A stretch of DNA of 64,000 bases from Octopus vulgaris (lineage: Eukaryota). The notes under the pieces are model-generated. The model saw only the letters and a program-made list of their open reading frames with translations, did not search any database and was not told where the DNA came from. The DNA is taken from assembly GCA_951406725.2 (NCBI GenBank), contig OX597832.1, positions 46,066,001 to 46,130,000 on the forward strand, given 5' to 3'. Both the position numbers and the translations under genes were made by a program. The first letter of the stretch is position 1; each line of letters begins with the position of its first letter. Below are positions 1-15,335 of this stretch, piece by piece.

Positions 1-34
1 TATATACATATGTATATGCATATATGAATGTGTA

Positions 35-69
<35 letters not shown>

Positions 70-709
70 CTACGCATGTATACATACATACAAACATATA
101 TACATATATATATGTATGTATTTGTGTGTGTATATTTGGCTGTATACAGTAGGAAAAAAATTCAAGTATGCGTGTGTATACAAGTGTATGTGTGTGTGCG
201 TGTGTGTTAATGTATGTGTGCATGCGTGTGTATCTATGTGTACGTGTTGCTGGTGTATCAAAAATATATACTATTGCACACCGTGGTGCAATCTCCCAAA
301 TAACTAATTAAATAAAATAATTACTTTCTTCACAGAGACCCAAAACAATGGCTTCTTGTTATAAGAAAGAGCAATTCTTATATATCGACTAAAAATCAAA
401 AATAATGTGTATCTTCATAAAGGCGTGCAAAGGTAAACATAAATATTAATTATCCAGTATTTGCGTATATATATCTATACATCGACACACTCCCATATAT
501 ACATAGTATGGCATAGTAAGTCTATTTACATCGATATGAGAAGATATTATAAGCGACTGTCTCGTACTTATTTTCACATACTCATAATGACATGTCTGGT
601 ATGTAGTCTCTCTGTATTGGGCTAATATTCAGGAACACACACACAGACACACACATACACACATACACACACACATATATATATATACATGTATGTATGT
701 ATCTTTGTA

Positions 710-719
<10 letters not shown>

Positions 720-768
<49 letters not shown>

Positions 769-797
769 ATTTATATATATCTATCTGTCTATCTGTA

Positions 798-846
<49 letters not shown>

Positions 847-847
847 G

Positions 848-918
<71 letters not shown>

Positions 919-935
919 GTCTATCTATCTATCTA
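720..935. repeat. (ATCT)n microsatellite
   Basis: Direct reading; explains the YLSI-repeat ORFs at 689-1012. Confidence 0.95.
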
Positions 936-964
936 TGAATCTACCGCCACTATTACTAACAGCA

Positions 965-1140
965 ACACCGCCACTTAATATATGCTGGTGTGTTTACGTC
1001 CCCGTCACTTAGCGGTTCGGCAAAAGAGACTGATAGAATAAGTACTGGGCTTACAAAGAATAAGTCCCGTGGTCGATTTGCTCGACTAAAGGTGGTGCTC
1101 TAGCATGGCCGCAAGTCAAATGACTGAAACAAGTATAAAA
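965..1140 (+). mobile_element. SINE family A, 3' half only
   Basis: Matches the 3' half of the full copy at 13597-13995 (gctggtgtgtttacgtcccc...tgactgaaacaagta). Confidence 0.85.
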
Positions 1141-2526
1141 TATATATATATATATATATATATACATACATAGGCATGCGGTTCCTTGTTTTAAACTGTG
1201 AAAGCATAATTCTTGATAGCCGTGGAAATTTTTCTTATTCGCTACGTTTTCCTTCAGAAGCATTTTCTGTTCACCGAGGTTTCTTAATATTCTTGGCTTC
1301 CTATCCTTGTGTGTTTTCTTGAATTGGCAGTGGCAGTGGCTCTTCTGTGAGTATTGGCTTTAACTAAGCTTCGCATTTTCGTTGCTGGTAACCGAAGATA
1401 TCCATTACTTCGACTTCATCATATTAAGCACCAAATAAGTGAGAACATTGAGAGTGAAACCACAGATTTGGTGTAATCAATATCTAAGCGGTGATAAGTA
1501 TGTAACGAGAAGTTTACGGATCAAGAATATCTTTGTACTGACCACAATATTAACATATTTGATGTGTTATTATAGAATCTCTAGCCGAACTAGGTTTTAA
1601 ATTCCAACATAGATAGTTACGAAGAGACTTACTGCGTAAGTTGGTGAATTCTTGACAGAAATATTATCAGCTGTATAGATATAGCACTACACAGAGGTAG
1701 TTAGTTAAAGATATCTTACTGTATGAATAGACACTGCATAACAAATAAGTTAACAAGGAATATGCATACGGTCTACTTACAGTTACGGAGACTAAAGAAT
1801 CGATAAATTTGAAAAGGCTTTTGTATAATCAATCGTAATCAATTTAAATCCAGTGGAACCGTTTTCGTGTGTAATGATTTCTTCCTGTATAGGAGCAAAG
1901 CAAACTTCTGATCAAATGTATTCTAACCTCGACCAAATTGTCCTTTAGGGTTACATAGCATGGCAAATTCTAATGTGTATATAGATTCTTTGAAGATTGT
2001 ATGTGTGTTTGTGTGTGTGTGTGACTTGAATTCAAAGTAAAAGAGACGTGTATGTGGTGTCAAACAGAGTTCGCACGAAGTCCCAGGCATAGCTGTTAAA
2101 CGATCCTTAAACTGTTTCTAACAGACATTGGATAAGGTTATCTTATATGGATTCTCTATAAAAGAGGATCGGCGGTCACGGTTATGTATTAGTCATGGTA
2201 CTAGTGTGACAACCTCATCAAAGCTGAGCTAAAACTAACAGAAGCAACGTCCCCATTTTGGAAATAGACCTGAGACGGCCAGAGTATAATAATTACATTT
2301 GCATATATTTCTTCTTCGTTGCAAAAATTGATGCTGCGTAATCATATACAATATACTTCACAAGAAACACCCAAAGCTGGGAAAGTCTAAATTATTTTCA
2401 TATAACCATTGTGCTAGATTCATAAATATTATCCAATAACAGAACAGTCTGTATTGTCACCAAATTTTGCCAAATGAAATTATGACATTACAAATCAATC
2501 TATGTGTATGTATACGCATTTGTATG

Positions 2527-2640
<114 letters not shown>

Positions 2641-3175
2641 GATATATAGATATTTATGCATCCATAGATACGTACATACACATACGTACACATACATACA
2701 TATATGTACATATATATATATGTGTGTGTGTGTGTATAAAGAAGTATCTATTTGTTGGATTTGTATGTGTGTATGTGACAGATTGTGGTCTTATGTGTAT
2801 ACGTGTTTGTGGATGCGTATACACATATACACAATTCGTTATGCTTTTGAACTGCAGTATATTTCACTTAAGGCTTCATATTATTGTCGATAACATCAAT
2901 ACCCAGCCTCAGGATTGATTGTGTACTTACATTATTGAAAAATATGGAATATATTTCGAGACAGTAAGTTTTATATGACATATCTATACCACGTATACAC
3001 GGCTTTGATTTTATTATACAATTCAAGTCCATTTGCACTTCGCTTTATTCTGTGAAGCTTAGAAAACGTAGCATTAGACGGTTACAGCTCAATACATCTA
3101 GCATCCATCGAATCGCCTTATCAGCACTTACTAAATTGGATGTCTGAGCTTAAATTATGTTTCTCAGCGACTTGG

Positions 3176-3177
<2 letters not shown>

Positions 3178-3245
<68 letters not shown>

Positions 3246-3266
3246 TTATTATTATTGTTATTATTA

Positions 3267-3303
<37 letters not shown>

Positions 3304-3314
3304 CATTATTATTA
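3178..3314. repeat. (ATT)n microsatellite
   Basis: Direct reading; source of poly-Ile ORFs. Confidence 0.95.
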
Positions 3315-3515
3315 AGGTGGCGAGTTGCCTGAACCGTTAGCATTCCAGGCGAAATGCTTAGCGGTATTTCGTCTGTCTTTACGTTCTGAGTTCAAATACC
3401 ACCGAGGTCGACTTTGCCTTCCATCTTTTCGGGGTCGATAAATTAAGTACCAGTTGCGTAATTAATTTCGACTGTCGCCCTCCCCCCAAATTTCGGGCAT
3501 TGTGCCTAGTGTAGA
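3315..3515 (+). mobile_element. SINE family B (Meta/MESC-like core), short tail variant
   Basis: aggtggcgag head, B box gagttcaaatacc, core gaggtcgactttgccttccatcttttcggggtcgataaattaagtaccag, tail ccctcccccaaatttcgggcattgtgcctag. Confidence 0.85.
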
Positions 3516-4110
3516 GTTGCAACAAACAGCAGCCCGAGTAGCAGCTGGCAAAATTTTGATGGTAATCTGGGTGCCGGGCCACTGCAACATCCGCAGCAAG
3601 GAACTCGCAGATATGCAGGCGAAACGTGGCTCAGCGCTGCCACAATCGGATATCGCTATCGATACAGCCATTCGTCAGGGGGTTATTCGTTGAATGTTCC
3701 AGCCAACGCCAATTCAACACCCCCTTCTGAAGAAAGTCCTCACGAAGAAGCCGGATGAAAGAATCGAAGCAGTCCTCTCGAAGGCAGACTTCACAGACAT
3801 GATACGCTTCCGTAGTGGTCATCATCCGGCACTCAGGCGGTGGCGAAAGATGGCAGGACGCAGCGCCACAGATCAATGTAGACTCTGTAACGAGGAGGCG
3901 GAATCTGCAGAACATCTCTGGCTGAGATGCCCGGTCCTGATGGTAGAACGCTATATCCACCAACTAGGAGCTACAATGGATGAGATGATTCGTCTCCCTT
4001 CCGCGGCTCTAGCGCTTCTGAGAGTTATCCCCAGGCGCTTGAGGTGACCAACAACAACAACAACACCAACAACAACGGCAACGGTATCAACAGCAACAAT
4101 AGCAACAATA
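3516..4110 (+). mobile_element. 5'-truncated non-LTR retrotransposon (RNase H-bearing, I-group-like): RNase H C-terminus, CCHC zinc knuckle, (CAA)n tail
   Basis: ORF 3502-3693 has WVPGHCNIRSKELADMQAK (RNase H WVPGH..N..AD motif). In-frame ORF 3694-4047 has RFRSGH and CRLCNEEAESAEHLWLRC. One internal stop; (CAA)n at 4049-4110. Confidence 0.85.
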
Positions 4111-5312
4111 ATTACTCGCTGCTCTTCACTGATAACATGCTTTTTCTTGCTTACCTTAAGCAGTCTCAATATTTTGAAATAGCAGTATAGAATATAGTAT
4201 AAGCCTGGTATTAATTTGCAGTGGGTATGTTTGACATTTCAGATGAAATTATAGGAAGACAAAGAAATAGAGAGATATAGAGAGAAAGAAAATGCGAGGA
4301 AGAGAGAGAGAGGAGGAGGAGAGAAAGATGGAAAGAGACAGAAAAAAGGAGAGAGAGCGAGCTTTGTGTCATATTTAGTGATATTAAATAATCTTTGCAA
4401 TATGATGATAAAGAAATTTAATCTAATTGTAATCCATGAATGTGTTTTGTACTTAGATATTTTCAATGGAGTTTATGTTTCAAATAGAAAATTAGAGATT
4501 AAATTACTTTCCCATATTTTTCCAGTTTCTACCTATGGATTTCTGTATCTTAGAAGACAAGTGTGCAGAAAATTCGTTTGAATCATTTGAAACTAAAAGC
4601 CATTACTTTTTTGCGAATTCCAAAGATTTTTCGTTTAACAATGCCTTTTCTAATTCACGCTATTTAAAGATTTTTATACGCTGCACTACATGTCAAATGA
4701 AATTTGTCATGAGCATGTATTTAAGTAGATTTGCATTCGTAAGGTTTTTTCCTCGTACTATGGCTTACTCTGACTAGATAAGTTAACATTTTGTTTATCT
4801 CTGTTAAAACAGCTACAATACTGGCAATCAATGCTGATATCCTGTTGCATTCTTGAGTGGATGCATTTCAAATTACATCGATACATTAACTTCTATTGTA
4901 CTTCTGTTGTCACTGATGGCGAGTGAAATAGCTTTAGGTTATTAATTAGTTTAAAGAAGGCCACTTTGAGGTTTCTGCTGAAGTAATTTCCATCAATGTA
5001 CAGGATTTATGGAAATGGATAAATTTTCCAGAGAACAGGGTTTCTCACTTTCCTTCCTTTTGTTCCGAAAGGTGTTTCAAATAAAGGAAATAGAGTCGGC
5101 AAGCACCAGGCAGTAATTACCATTTTTCATGACCAACGAACACAGAGAGCTTTCTAAACGCCCTTTCAATTGCTAAATATATAGAATGAATATTTCTCAT
5201 TGACGGTCTGATAATTATATTATGTGAAACGATTGGGGATCTCTGTATGTTTCACATTAAAATATATTCAAATACATTCTACTACTAACGTTTTGCAAAT
5301 GCATATATATAT

Positions 5313-5384
<72 letters not shown>

Positions 5385-5481
5385 GAAAGAATGGAGTTGA
5401 ACGACGATTTAACAAAATTCCTTTATTCTCGACATATGTTTCGAATTATCCATACTAGGATAATTCATTCAACTACTTAAA

Positions 5482-5553
<72 letters not shown>

Positions 5554-5633
5554 AGTGTGTGTGAGTCTGTGTGTGTGGATGTATAAATGTATGTATGTAT
5601 GTTTATATGTGTGTATCTATATATATATGTATG

Positions 5634-5667
<34 letters not shown>

Positions 5668-6054
5668 TGATTGAATGTGTATATATTTAGAGTAAAATAT
5701 ATTCCTTAGTAATATATTTTCATAATATTTAAGAACCCAGAAATATGTGCAAAGAAATGGATATATATTACAATAAAATATGTTAAATTTGTCCGTAAAA
5801 GTCACACTATATAAGCTGGAGGAATTTTGCAAATTTCACTGTAAATTATATTCCAAATACCTGAGAATATTCTGTAAAGTAATATGTACAGTTAATACAT
5901 AGCCCTACATTATAGTATTTAATTCAAATAGAATAGATTTTGTAGCAACGCACATACGACGATTTCACTCTAAACTCGCATCTCCAGGTCAAGTTACAAT
6001 TTGATCATAAAATTTCTTCACCTCTTAAACTTGCCTCCCTTTGCTCTGTACCCT

Positions 6055-6312
6055 TTTACTTGTTTCAGTCATGTGACTGTGGCCATGCCGGAGCACCGCC
6101 TTTAGTCGAGCAAATAGACCACAGGACTTATTCTTTGTTGTAAGCCTAGTACTTATTCTATCGGTGTCTTTCGTCGAACAGCTAAGTTACGGGGACGTAA
6201 ACATACCAGCATCGGTTGTCAAGCGATGTTGAGGGGCACAAACACAGCCACACAACCACACACACACACACACACAAACACACTCACGCGCACACACACA
6301 CACACAAATAAA

Positions 6313-6349
<37 letters not shown>

Positions 6350-6497
6350 CGACGGGGTTCTTTCAGTTTCTGTCTATCAAATCCACTCACAAGGCTTTGG
6401 TCGGCCCGAAGCTATAGTAGAAGACACTTGCACAAGCTGCCACGCAGTGGGACTGAACCCGGGACCATGTGGTTCGTAAGCAAGCTACTTACCACAT
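6055..6497 (-). mobile_element. SINE family A, near full length
   Basis: Reverse complement of 13597-13995, including the internal (TA)/(TG) microsatellite. Confidence 0.9.
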
Positions 6498-7703
6498 ATA
6501 GTGACTGTGTACTTAGCAGAGGTAACTGCTCCCTAATGGACACCGTCCTTGAATAAGAGTCAAATTTTCAATATTCATTCTTCATGAACGTGGATAGTGT
6601 AGGATCTTAATCAAAGTATGCAAGTTTGAAATAAATTATTTCAACATCTATTGTTTAGACTTTCAGTAAAATAATTCCAATATCGAACAATTTGATGACT
6701 GTTCCGTCTGCTTGCAACACTCAATCAAACTTTTCACCAGGATATAGAGTCAATATGAACAAACTCGGTTATGTTGATTTTTCTATGTGGCCCATTATAT
6801 ATATATAGTAGCACTAAACGTGATCAGATATGTTACTGAAGTCAGCTTGTGTCATCCGTTGTCATGTGCATATCTTTGTACAAAAATGGAATTTACACAT
6901 TAAACAACAGAACCGTTATTACCGTAATGAAGCTAGTCAACATCTTTCTAGATTATAGCCTTGAAATTTGGCATGATAGTGGAAACAGAATATGAACAAG
7001 TAAAATTACAGCATGATATTACTTTGTAGCGAAATTTAAAATAGAATTTTAATGAAGGCTTCAAATCAGTTAAATTATACAGTACCTGTTATTCATTATT
7101 CATCAGCGCAAGGGTGTGTTCTGTGAAACGCGCAAATGTTTGCGGTAACAGGAATAATTTAGACTTTATTACCTCATCAACTAAGGGAAATAATAATAAT
7201 AAAAAACAAGAATTAAAGAATTAAAAGCTACCGGTATGATACAACTATTTTGCACCAACTGTTTAGGAATTTATTCACATGAAACATCTTAAACATGACA
7301 GATATGAAACAAAAGTCGGTTACTAGATAAGAGTTAATCAATGGTTTTATAGTTCTTCAAGAGGGAATACTAGATTTCGGCAATGGCCTGTAGGGAGGTG
7401 AAACGGATGTATCACATTTCATTCATAAATTGAAGACTATTCTTTTCTATAAAAATTTAATATGTCAAAAACATGTTTCTGGGTTCTTGTACCGCACACA
7501 AAATATCAGACACATCCTATAATAAATTTGTTAATTTTTACTTATCCTTGAAGCCTTCATTTGTAAGAATTATCAGTAAAGAATTTAGCAAATATTTCAG
7601 TTAGAGTTTCCAAGTGTACTTCAGTATAAGCTTCTTACGCAGGAAGTATCACAGGGAAACTTTCACATATATTTTTAATTTTCTAATCAGCGTAAACTTT
7701 CAT

Positions 7704-7754
<51 letters not shown>

Positions 7755-7758
<4 letters not shown>

Positions 7759-7985
7759 CTTTACTACACACAAGGAACCAAACACAGAGGGGACAAACAA
7801 GGACCGACAAACGGATTAAGTCGATTACATAGACCCCAGTGCGTAATTGGTACTTAATTTATCGACCCCGAAAGGATGAAAGGCAAAGTCGACCTCGGCG
7901 GAATTTGAACTCAGAACGTAACGACAGATGAAATACAGCTACGCATTTCGCCCGGCGTGCTAACGTTTCTGCCAGCTCACCGCCT
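7755..7985 (-). mobile_element. SINE family B
   Basis: Reverse complement of the copy at 36709-36941. Confidence 0.9.
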
Positions 7986-8639
7986 AATATATATAATATA
8001 CATGGTTGAAGAGCTATATTTAGTGTTATTTCAAACAGATTATCCTGCAAAATGAAATTAATTGGTTTAAATATGTCCAAATAAATATAAATATTAATTC
8101 GAAAATATTTTTAATCGTCTTCAAATTGAAAATATAAATGTCCGGACGTTACTTATGGGAAGACCTGATATATGTATGTATGCATGTCATTATGGAATTT
8201 ATTTCAAGATTTCTTGCCAAAAGAGGAAGAACCGGTTTCTAACCTAGATCCAATGTCTTTCATTGGAATTTCAACATCAACAACAGCGTATTTTTGTTTA
8301 TATATATATGTATTTGCAGATTTCTTTTGCTTTATGTATGTATTCTCATGCATAGAGTTACATATCTAGGCATGCTCATATATATTTCAAAGATAAATTT
8401 CTGGAATGTTTTACATATTTTTACAGTTGCAGTGATGGATTGGACCTGTAGTCTTCGAATTAGCTTTCGCCTTTCTGGTTTTAAGAAGCCTAATTTCTCA
8501 AGATTGGTATTTAGGCAGTGTGTTAAATATCCCAAGGCCCCAATAATTACAGGTATAATCTTGAACTTGTAATCTGGATAGAATAACCGCAGATTTCATG
8601 GAGAAGTTACTAGTCTGGTTTATAGCTTTCCCCCTTTTC

Positions 8640-8830
8640 ACGCCGGGCATAACGCTTAGCGGAATTTCTTCTGTCTTTGAGTTCTAAGTTCAAATTCCGT
8701 CGAGTGTACTTTACTTTTCTCCCTTTCGGGAACTATAAAATAAACACCAGTGGATCACTGGGTTCGATGTAATTGGCTTAAACGGCCCTACCACCCATTG
8801 CTGACTTTGTGCCAAAATTTGAAACCAACA
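8640..8830 (+). mobile_element. SINE family B, decayed
   Basis: cacgccgggc...gttcaaattccg...ctttcggg with many substitutions. Confidence 0.7.
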
Positions 8831-9959
8831 TTAGATTATTTGCTGCTAATGCATTTAGTTTTGCTTCTCAACAATTGTACGGCATGTGAATTCTTCCAAG
8901 TGTCAGATAAAGCTGCAAACCTCAACAGTTTGCAGAAAACTTTTTAAGATACCATAAACAGACACTAAAAACAAACTACACGTATCTCTCACGTTTCCAT
9001 CAGTGGTTGGTCAGTCAGGAGCGGATGATTCGAGTATCAGTCTTAATTTCATTTTCTTTATACTTTTTTTTTCTGTATGGCAGCTCCTACAGCTGAGTAA
9101 ATTAGATTTGCTTTTGTTGAATTATCTTTGCTTCAGACTTAAGATGATTAGCAGTAATTAAAATTTTCAGCAAATGTTAATTTTTGAGTGGGGACTAATT
9201 TATATTGTATGCTTGAAACAACGGTTTTGTTCGATATCTGTGTGCTCTAAAGAACAGCTCCATTCAAAAATATAACGAGACCAACTTGCGGGGTTTCAAC
9301 AGTCAGTAAGAAATAAGAAACCACACCACACATAAAATATAGCCAATGAAATTCTCATTTCCTGAATTTGAATACAAAGTTTGCAGATGCATATTGTTCT
9401 ACGTATTAATTGTTTCTACACGTTTATATTCACATATACGGATAAACACACACTCACACACACAGATGTATATATATGCGCGTGTCTGTGTTTATGTATG
9501 TGTTTGTATGTTTGTGTATGTGTGTGTGGATGGGTGTGTGTGTGTGGTACCGCTTTAACAAATAGATTAGCACTTGAGAATAAAGATAATCTTGTAAAAA
9601 GATATTAAAATCTTTCTTCCCCAGTACCGATTTAACACGTAATCTCTGTTCCACCTTTACTTGCCCACCCACTCCAAATGTTTAGTCACATATAATTAAG
9701 TAGCTTACGACTCAATGTTGCCACATATGCACTTTCAGAAACAAATCTGACTGTCTCCTAGAATAGGAGTGCGATATATCTTCCATTGTATATGAAGCAC
9801 AGGTTTCAGCAAACTACGAAAATGTTCCTTCAGAATTCAAACGTTATATCGGTGTCATGGAAAGAAAATTTTAATCCAGCTCTAACAACCATCTTTCGGA
9901 CTTCAGGTAGCATGATATGAGGCAGTCAACAACAATTTCAGGTTTAATCTGGAAACATA

Positions 9960-11150
9960 AGGATGAAGGGAGCAGTGTCGACATCAAATCCTCACCAAAT
10001 ACAGATCCAAAAAATGCTAGACCATTCAGAAGTATACAAATATCTGGGAACCAATGAAGGTGATGGCATTCAGCACTCTAAATTCAAAGGAAAAATGTGC
10101 AAGGAATGCTACCGAAGGGTAAGAACGGTCATAAACTCAGAATTAAATGCTGTTAACAGAATTAATGCGATCAATTCTTTGGCCATACCAGTAACCACAC
10201 AGAGCTTTGGGATCATTAAGTGGACTCTCACTGAGATGCAGAATATGGATTGAAAGATCCGTAAAATCCTTACAAGGTATCGAATGCACCATCCAAAATT
10301 AGATGTAAACGGTTAATCTCCCAAGAAAAATAGATGCAAGAGGCTTGATACAGCACAAATAATCCTTGAAATCAGCAATAATAAGACTTGAATCGCACCC
10401 TAATACAACAAGAGATATGCTCTTACGAACTGCACTTAAGCATGAAAATTCCAAGCAAGTTTCAGTTATGATTCTTAGTAAGAAATTCAAAAAAAGTCTC
10501 TTGGCCTTCAAGTTAACAATAAGAATGAGGAAAGGCACCCAAATACTAACAGACCAACGATTCCTTCTCTTGATTTAGAAATTAACAATGAGAAACACCA
10601 ACGACATTAGACAAAAAGCAAAAAAGGCTTGTATGAATAAGATCGAAGACAACTGGAAAGGTAAACTCCTACTCTAACCGCATGTCTAAGCCAGATATTG
10701 ATCAAAATCTAACACACTCATGGCTACAAGGGATAGGTGCGAAAGGGGAAACAGGTTTTGTTATTGCAGCGCAAGATCAGAGCTTACCTACCGGAAACTA
10801 CCATGTAAACGTCCCTAAGGATGGATCTGGCCACTAGGGCAGAATTTGCGGAAAATTCACAGAGACATTTGATCATGTTGTTTCTGGCTCCCAGTCGCCA
10901 CTGAAAAAGAGTAGATCATAAGACATGACAGACTAGGGCAGTACATCCACTGTAATCTTTGTAAATACTACAAAATCCCATGATAAGCGGTACAGGCACC
11001 ATCCAGGGGATGTAGCAAATGGTGAAGGCATCACCATCCTTTGGAACTTCCCAAAACAAACAGGCATAAAAACTGACGACAATCGACCACACATTGTGAT
11101 CAAGGACTACAACAGAGGAGCTTGTATTTTAATAGACATCAACATCAACG
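9960..11150 (+). pseudogene. Decayed R4/Dong-like non-LTR retrotransposon ORF (RT thumb, zinc knuckle, restriction-like endonuclease)
   Basis: YKYLG...RRVRTVINSELNAVNRINAINSLAIPV...FGIIKW, then across frameshifts KIRKILT..MHHPK, GFVIAAQDQSLPTGNY (~10755), RICGKFTETFDHVVSG, RHD, ILWNF and NRPHIV..LIDI (decayed PD..D motif). Confidence 0.85.
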
Positions 11151-11329
11151 ACAACAACAGCAATAACAACAACAACAATAATAGAAACAACAATAATAAA
11201 AATAAATCAGAAAGGTATTAGCTGAAAAGAATGAATAGCATGGTGCAGTAGGCTGCTGTTATCAAGTTCGCTACGCATGTAAGACTCCGGGAGTTTCAAC
11301 ATAGCATGTGATCAAGAGAAATGATAATG

Positions 11330-11532
11330 CTTTCTAGTATAGGTACAAGGATTGGAATTTGAGGGGAATGGGATAGTCGTTCACATTCACCTAGTACATG
11401 ACTGGAACTTAATTTATCGACCTCAAAATGATAAAATTCAAAGTCGGGCACGGCGGAATTTGAACGTAGCTACGGACGAAACCGTCAACCATTTCGTTCG
11501 GTGCGCTAAGAATTCTGCCAGCTCGCAACCTT
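11330..11532 (-). mobile_element. SINE family B, decayed
   Basis: ctggaacttaatttatcgacc...ggcggaatttgaac...ctgccagctcgc. Confidence 0.7.
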
Positions 11533-11534
11533 AA

Positions 11535-11805
<271 letters not shown>

Positions 11806-12355
11806 GCTTTTATCTGCTAAATTTTTATTAGTTACTATGACAGAAAATGGAGTTGTGGTGACATCAAAAGCTAGCAGTAACTACGTGTGACTCAAGGTCT
11901 ATTTGTCACAATAATATCGTGGAGATCAAATTGTCCTACATGTTTATTCAGATCAAAAGCCTAATTCCGCCATAACTTTTTCTACATAATGATTGATTAT
12001 TATTCCGCCATAACATGCATTTCAGATGAAATGAGGATGGCTGTAATGTCACCAACGATTGTAAAGATATACAGCATCGCAACAACAATCGAATATTGAT
12101 GAAGCGGCTTAATGGAAATTCGGTATTCTAATTGCTATGGCGCTATTGTCATCTTCCAACGATCGGCATTGATTTTACGGGTGAAATTCGTCACAGAAGG
12201 TTGGGAGAAATTATCATTTTGCACCATAAATATGCAATTAGGAATGCCACAGTACGTGACAACAAAGAATTAGTCACTATATATATATAATATGATCTCT
12301 TACCTGCATATGCATGTATGTACATGTATACATGCATACATACATACGTACATAC

Positions 12356-12447
<92 letters not shown>

Positions 12448-12581
12448 ATATACATATATATATACACACATATATATGCATGTATATACATTTATATATA
12501 CGACATCATATATACGAATATGCATTCAGGTATATATACATACATAGATATATATATATGATATACATATATATGTGTGTG

Positions 12582-12612
<31 letters not shown>

Positions 12613-13596
12613 GCACATATAAAAAAAGATATACATACACGTACCAGACGCAAGCACAAACACATAACGCATATATACAATATATATAATTATGTGATAA
12701 CATTCTTTCGTGTGTATGTGTGAATTCATCCACGTATAATAGCTACCAGGCAAGTTTATACGTGTTAGTATCATTGAGATTATGCGTGTGTCTCCCTGAT
12801 GTTACGTAAAGATACCCATCGGTTTGATTCGTATATTGAATAATGTATATTGGTAAGAAGATATAAAAGTGGATGTGGTGGATTACTTTGTTGCTTTGTG
12901 TTTTTTTTAGAATTCGTAACGTTTATGCCTTTAGGTATACCGTATTGACCCGAAACGCATAGTTTCGCGCGTGGTATCAGGGTGTGCGTTTTGCGAATGA
13001 ATTTGAGTGTGTTATTCGTGTGTGAGTTTGTGCTTGTGTATGTGTGTGTGCGTTCGTGCATGTTGTCATATATGTATGTAGGAAGGTAGCCATGTTGGTG
13101 TGTCAACAACAGTGAAGAAATACGTATTAAAATGCATGAAAAATAAATCCTGTTTTAATTGAAATTTTCTTCACTTCCTGAGGGAGAACACAACTGCTTG
13201 CTAGAAATTGGTCCAAACTTCTGTTGAAAAGTATGGTTAATCAAAAACAATTTTAAAATCTCCAAAGAAGTTATGCTATGTAGGGAAAAGAATAGGTTGT
13301 CTGAAATTTGAATACGAGTTTATATGTGTTAGTATCATATATATATATATATGTGAATAACTATGTATTTGCGGCAAATATCCTATTTTATGTGTAGCAC
13401 TGAGTTGTTTAGATGACTACAATTGATGCAACACCAATGAAACAATGAGGAGATGAAGTAACCTTGCGTCCAGTGTCAACTATTTGATACACTGCGTCCT
13501 TAGATAGATTTTATACAGACGGATGTTGGAAGAGGTTGGCTGGGGATAAAACACATTCACAAACAGATATACACACACACATATATTATATATTAT

Positions 13597-13995
13597 AGTG
13601 GCTGTGTGGTAAGTAGCTTGCTAACCAACCACATGGCTCCGGGTTTAGTCCCACTGCGTGGCATCTTGGGCAGGTGTCTTCTGCTATAGCCCCGGGCCGA
13701 CCAATGCCTTGTGAGTGGATTTGGTAGACGGAAACTGAAAGAAGCCTGTCGTATATATATATGTGTGTGTATGTGTGTGTGTTTGTGTGTCTGTGTTTGT
13801 ACCCCTAGCATTGCTTGACAACCGATGCTGGTGTGTTTACGTCCCCGTCACTTAGCGGTTCGGCAAAAGAGACCGATAGAATAAGTACTGGGCTTACAAA
13901 GAATAAGTCCCGGGGTCGATTTGCTCGACTAAAGGCGGTGCTCCAGCATGGCCGCAGTCAAATGACTGAAACAAGTAAAAGATAAAAGATAAAGA
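13597..13995 (+). mobile_element. SINE family A, reference copy: tRNA-like head, CORE-like segment, internal microsatellite, hairpin tail
   Basis: A box tggctgtgtggtaag, B-box-like gggtttagtcc, CORE-like gtggcatcttgggcaggtgtctt, internal (TA)(TG), 3' hairpin cagtca-aa-tgactg and (GATAAAA)n end; more than 12 copies in the window. Confidence 0.9.
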
Positions 13996-14011
13996 ATATA
14001 TATATATGTGT

Positions 14012-14064
<53 letters not shown>

Positions 14065-14066
<2 letters not shown>

Positions 14067-14410
14067 AATACGCAGGGGTCAGTTCTTAGAGCGTCGAGCT
14101 TACGATCGTGAGGATGTTAGTTCGATTCCCGGACCGGGCTGCGTATTGTGCTCTTGAACAAGACACTTTATTTCACGTTGCTCCAGTTCACTCAGCTGTA
14201 GAAACGAGTTGCGACGTCACAGGTGCCAAGCTGTATCGGCCCCTTTTGCCTTTTCCTTGGATAACACTGGTGGCGTGGAGAGGGGTGGCCGGTATGCATG
14301 GGCGGCTGCTGGCTTTCCATAAACAAAACTTGCCCACGCATGTGCCTCGGAGGGTAACATTCTAGGTGCAATCCCCTGATCATCCATGACCGAATGAGGT
14401 CTCCTTCACC
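14065..14410 (+). mobile_element. SINE family D (CORE-like), tail type 1
   Basis: B box gttcgattcc, core gtgctcttgaacaagacactttatttcacgttgctccag; head and tail match the inverted copy at 56906-57206. Confidence 0.8.
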
Positions 14411-14962
14411 TCCTCCTATATATATATATATTGATTAACGCCACTTTAACGTGGCTCTCCCCTAATACACGACAATACATTTAACCCCAAGACGACATCT
14501 TTTCCAGCTGGTATATACAATGTACTTGATATTATAACGACGTAGATAATGATGATGCAGAGGAGGAGGAGGGGAAAGAGAAGAAGGGAGAGGAGGAAAA
14601 TGATGACTATAATTAAAAACATTTTAAAATAAGCCTGCTCATTGCTATCATGGGAATCTACTTGGCAAACAGATTCAATTATCTGTACGAAACTATTTCT
14701 GCCCATATATATATATGCGCAAACATGACTGTGTGGTTAGGAAATTCTTTTTTGCAACCACATGATTTCAGTTTCAATTCACTACCTGGATTCTCATGGG
14801 AGTGACTTGTTGTATGTTCCTGGGCCGAATAGTGTCTTTTGATGGAACTCGGCGACGGAAACTGCATTGAAGATACATATATTTGTGTATATGTATGTGT
14901 GTATGTGTGTGTATATATAGATAGATACATTGATAGATAGAAAGAGAGTGAGAGAGATGTGC

Positions 14963-15008
<46 letters not shown>

Positions 15009-15010
<2 letters not shown>

Positions 15011-15335
15011 TTCTTTAGACTCCGCCGGTTACGACGACGAGGGTCCCAGCTGATACGATCAACGGAACAGCTTGCTCGTGAAATTAACGTGCAAATGGCT
15101 GAGCATTCCACAGACACGTGTACCCTTAACGTAGTTCTCGGGGATAATCAGCGTGACACAGAGAGTGACAAGGCTGACCCTTTGAAATACAAGTACAACT
15201 CATTTTTGCCAGCTGAGTGGACTGGAGCAACGTGAAATAAAGTGTCTTGCTCAAGGACACAACGCGTCGCCGGGAATCGAACTCACAACCTTACGATCAT
15301 GAGCCGAATGCCCTAACCACTAAGCCACGCGCCCT

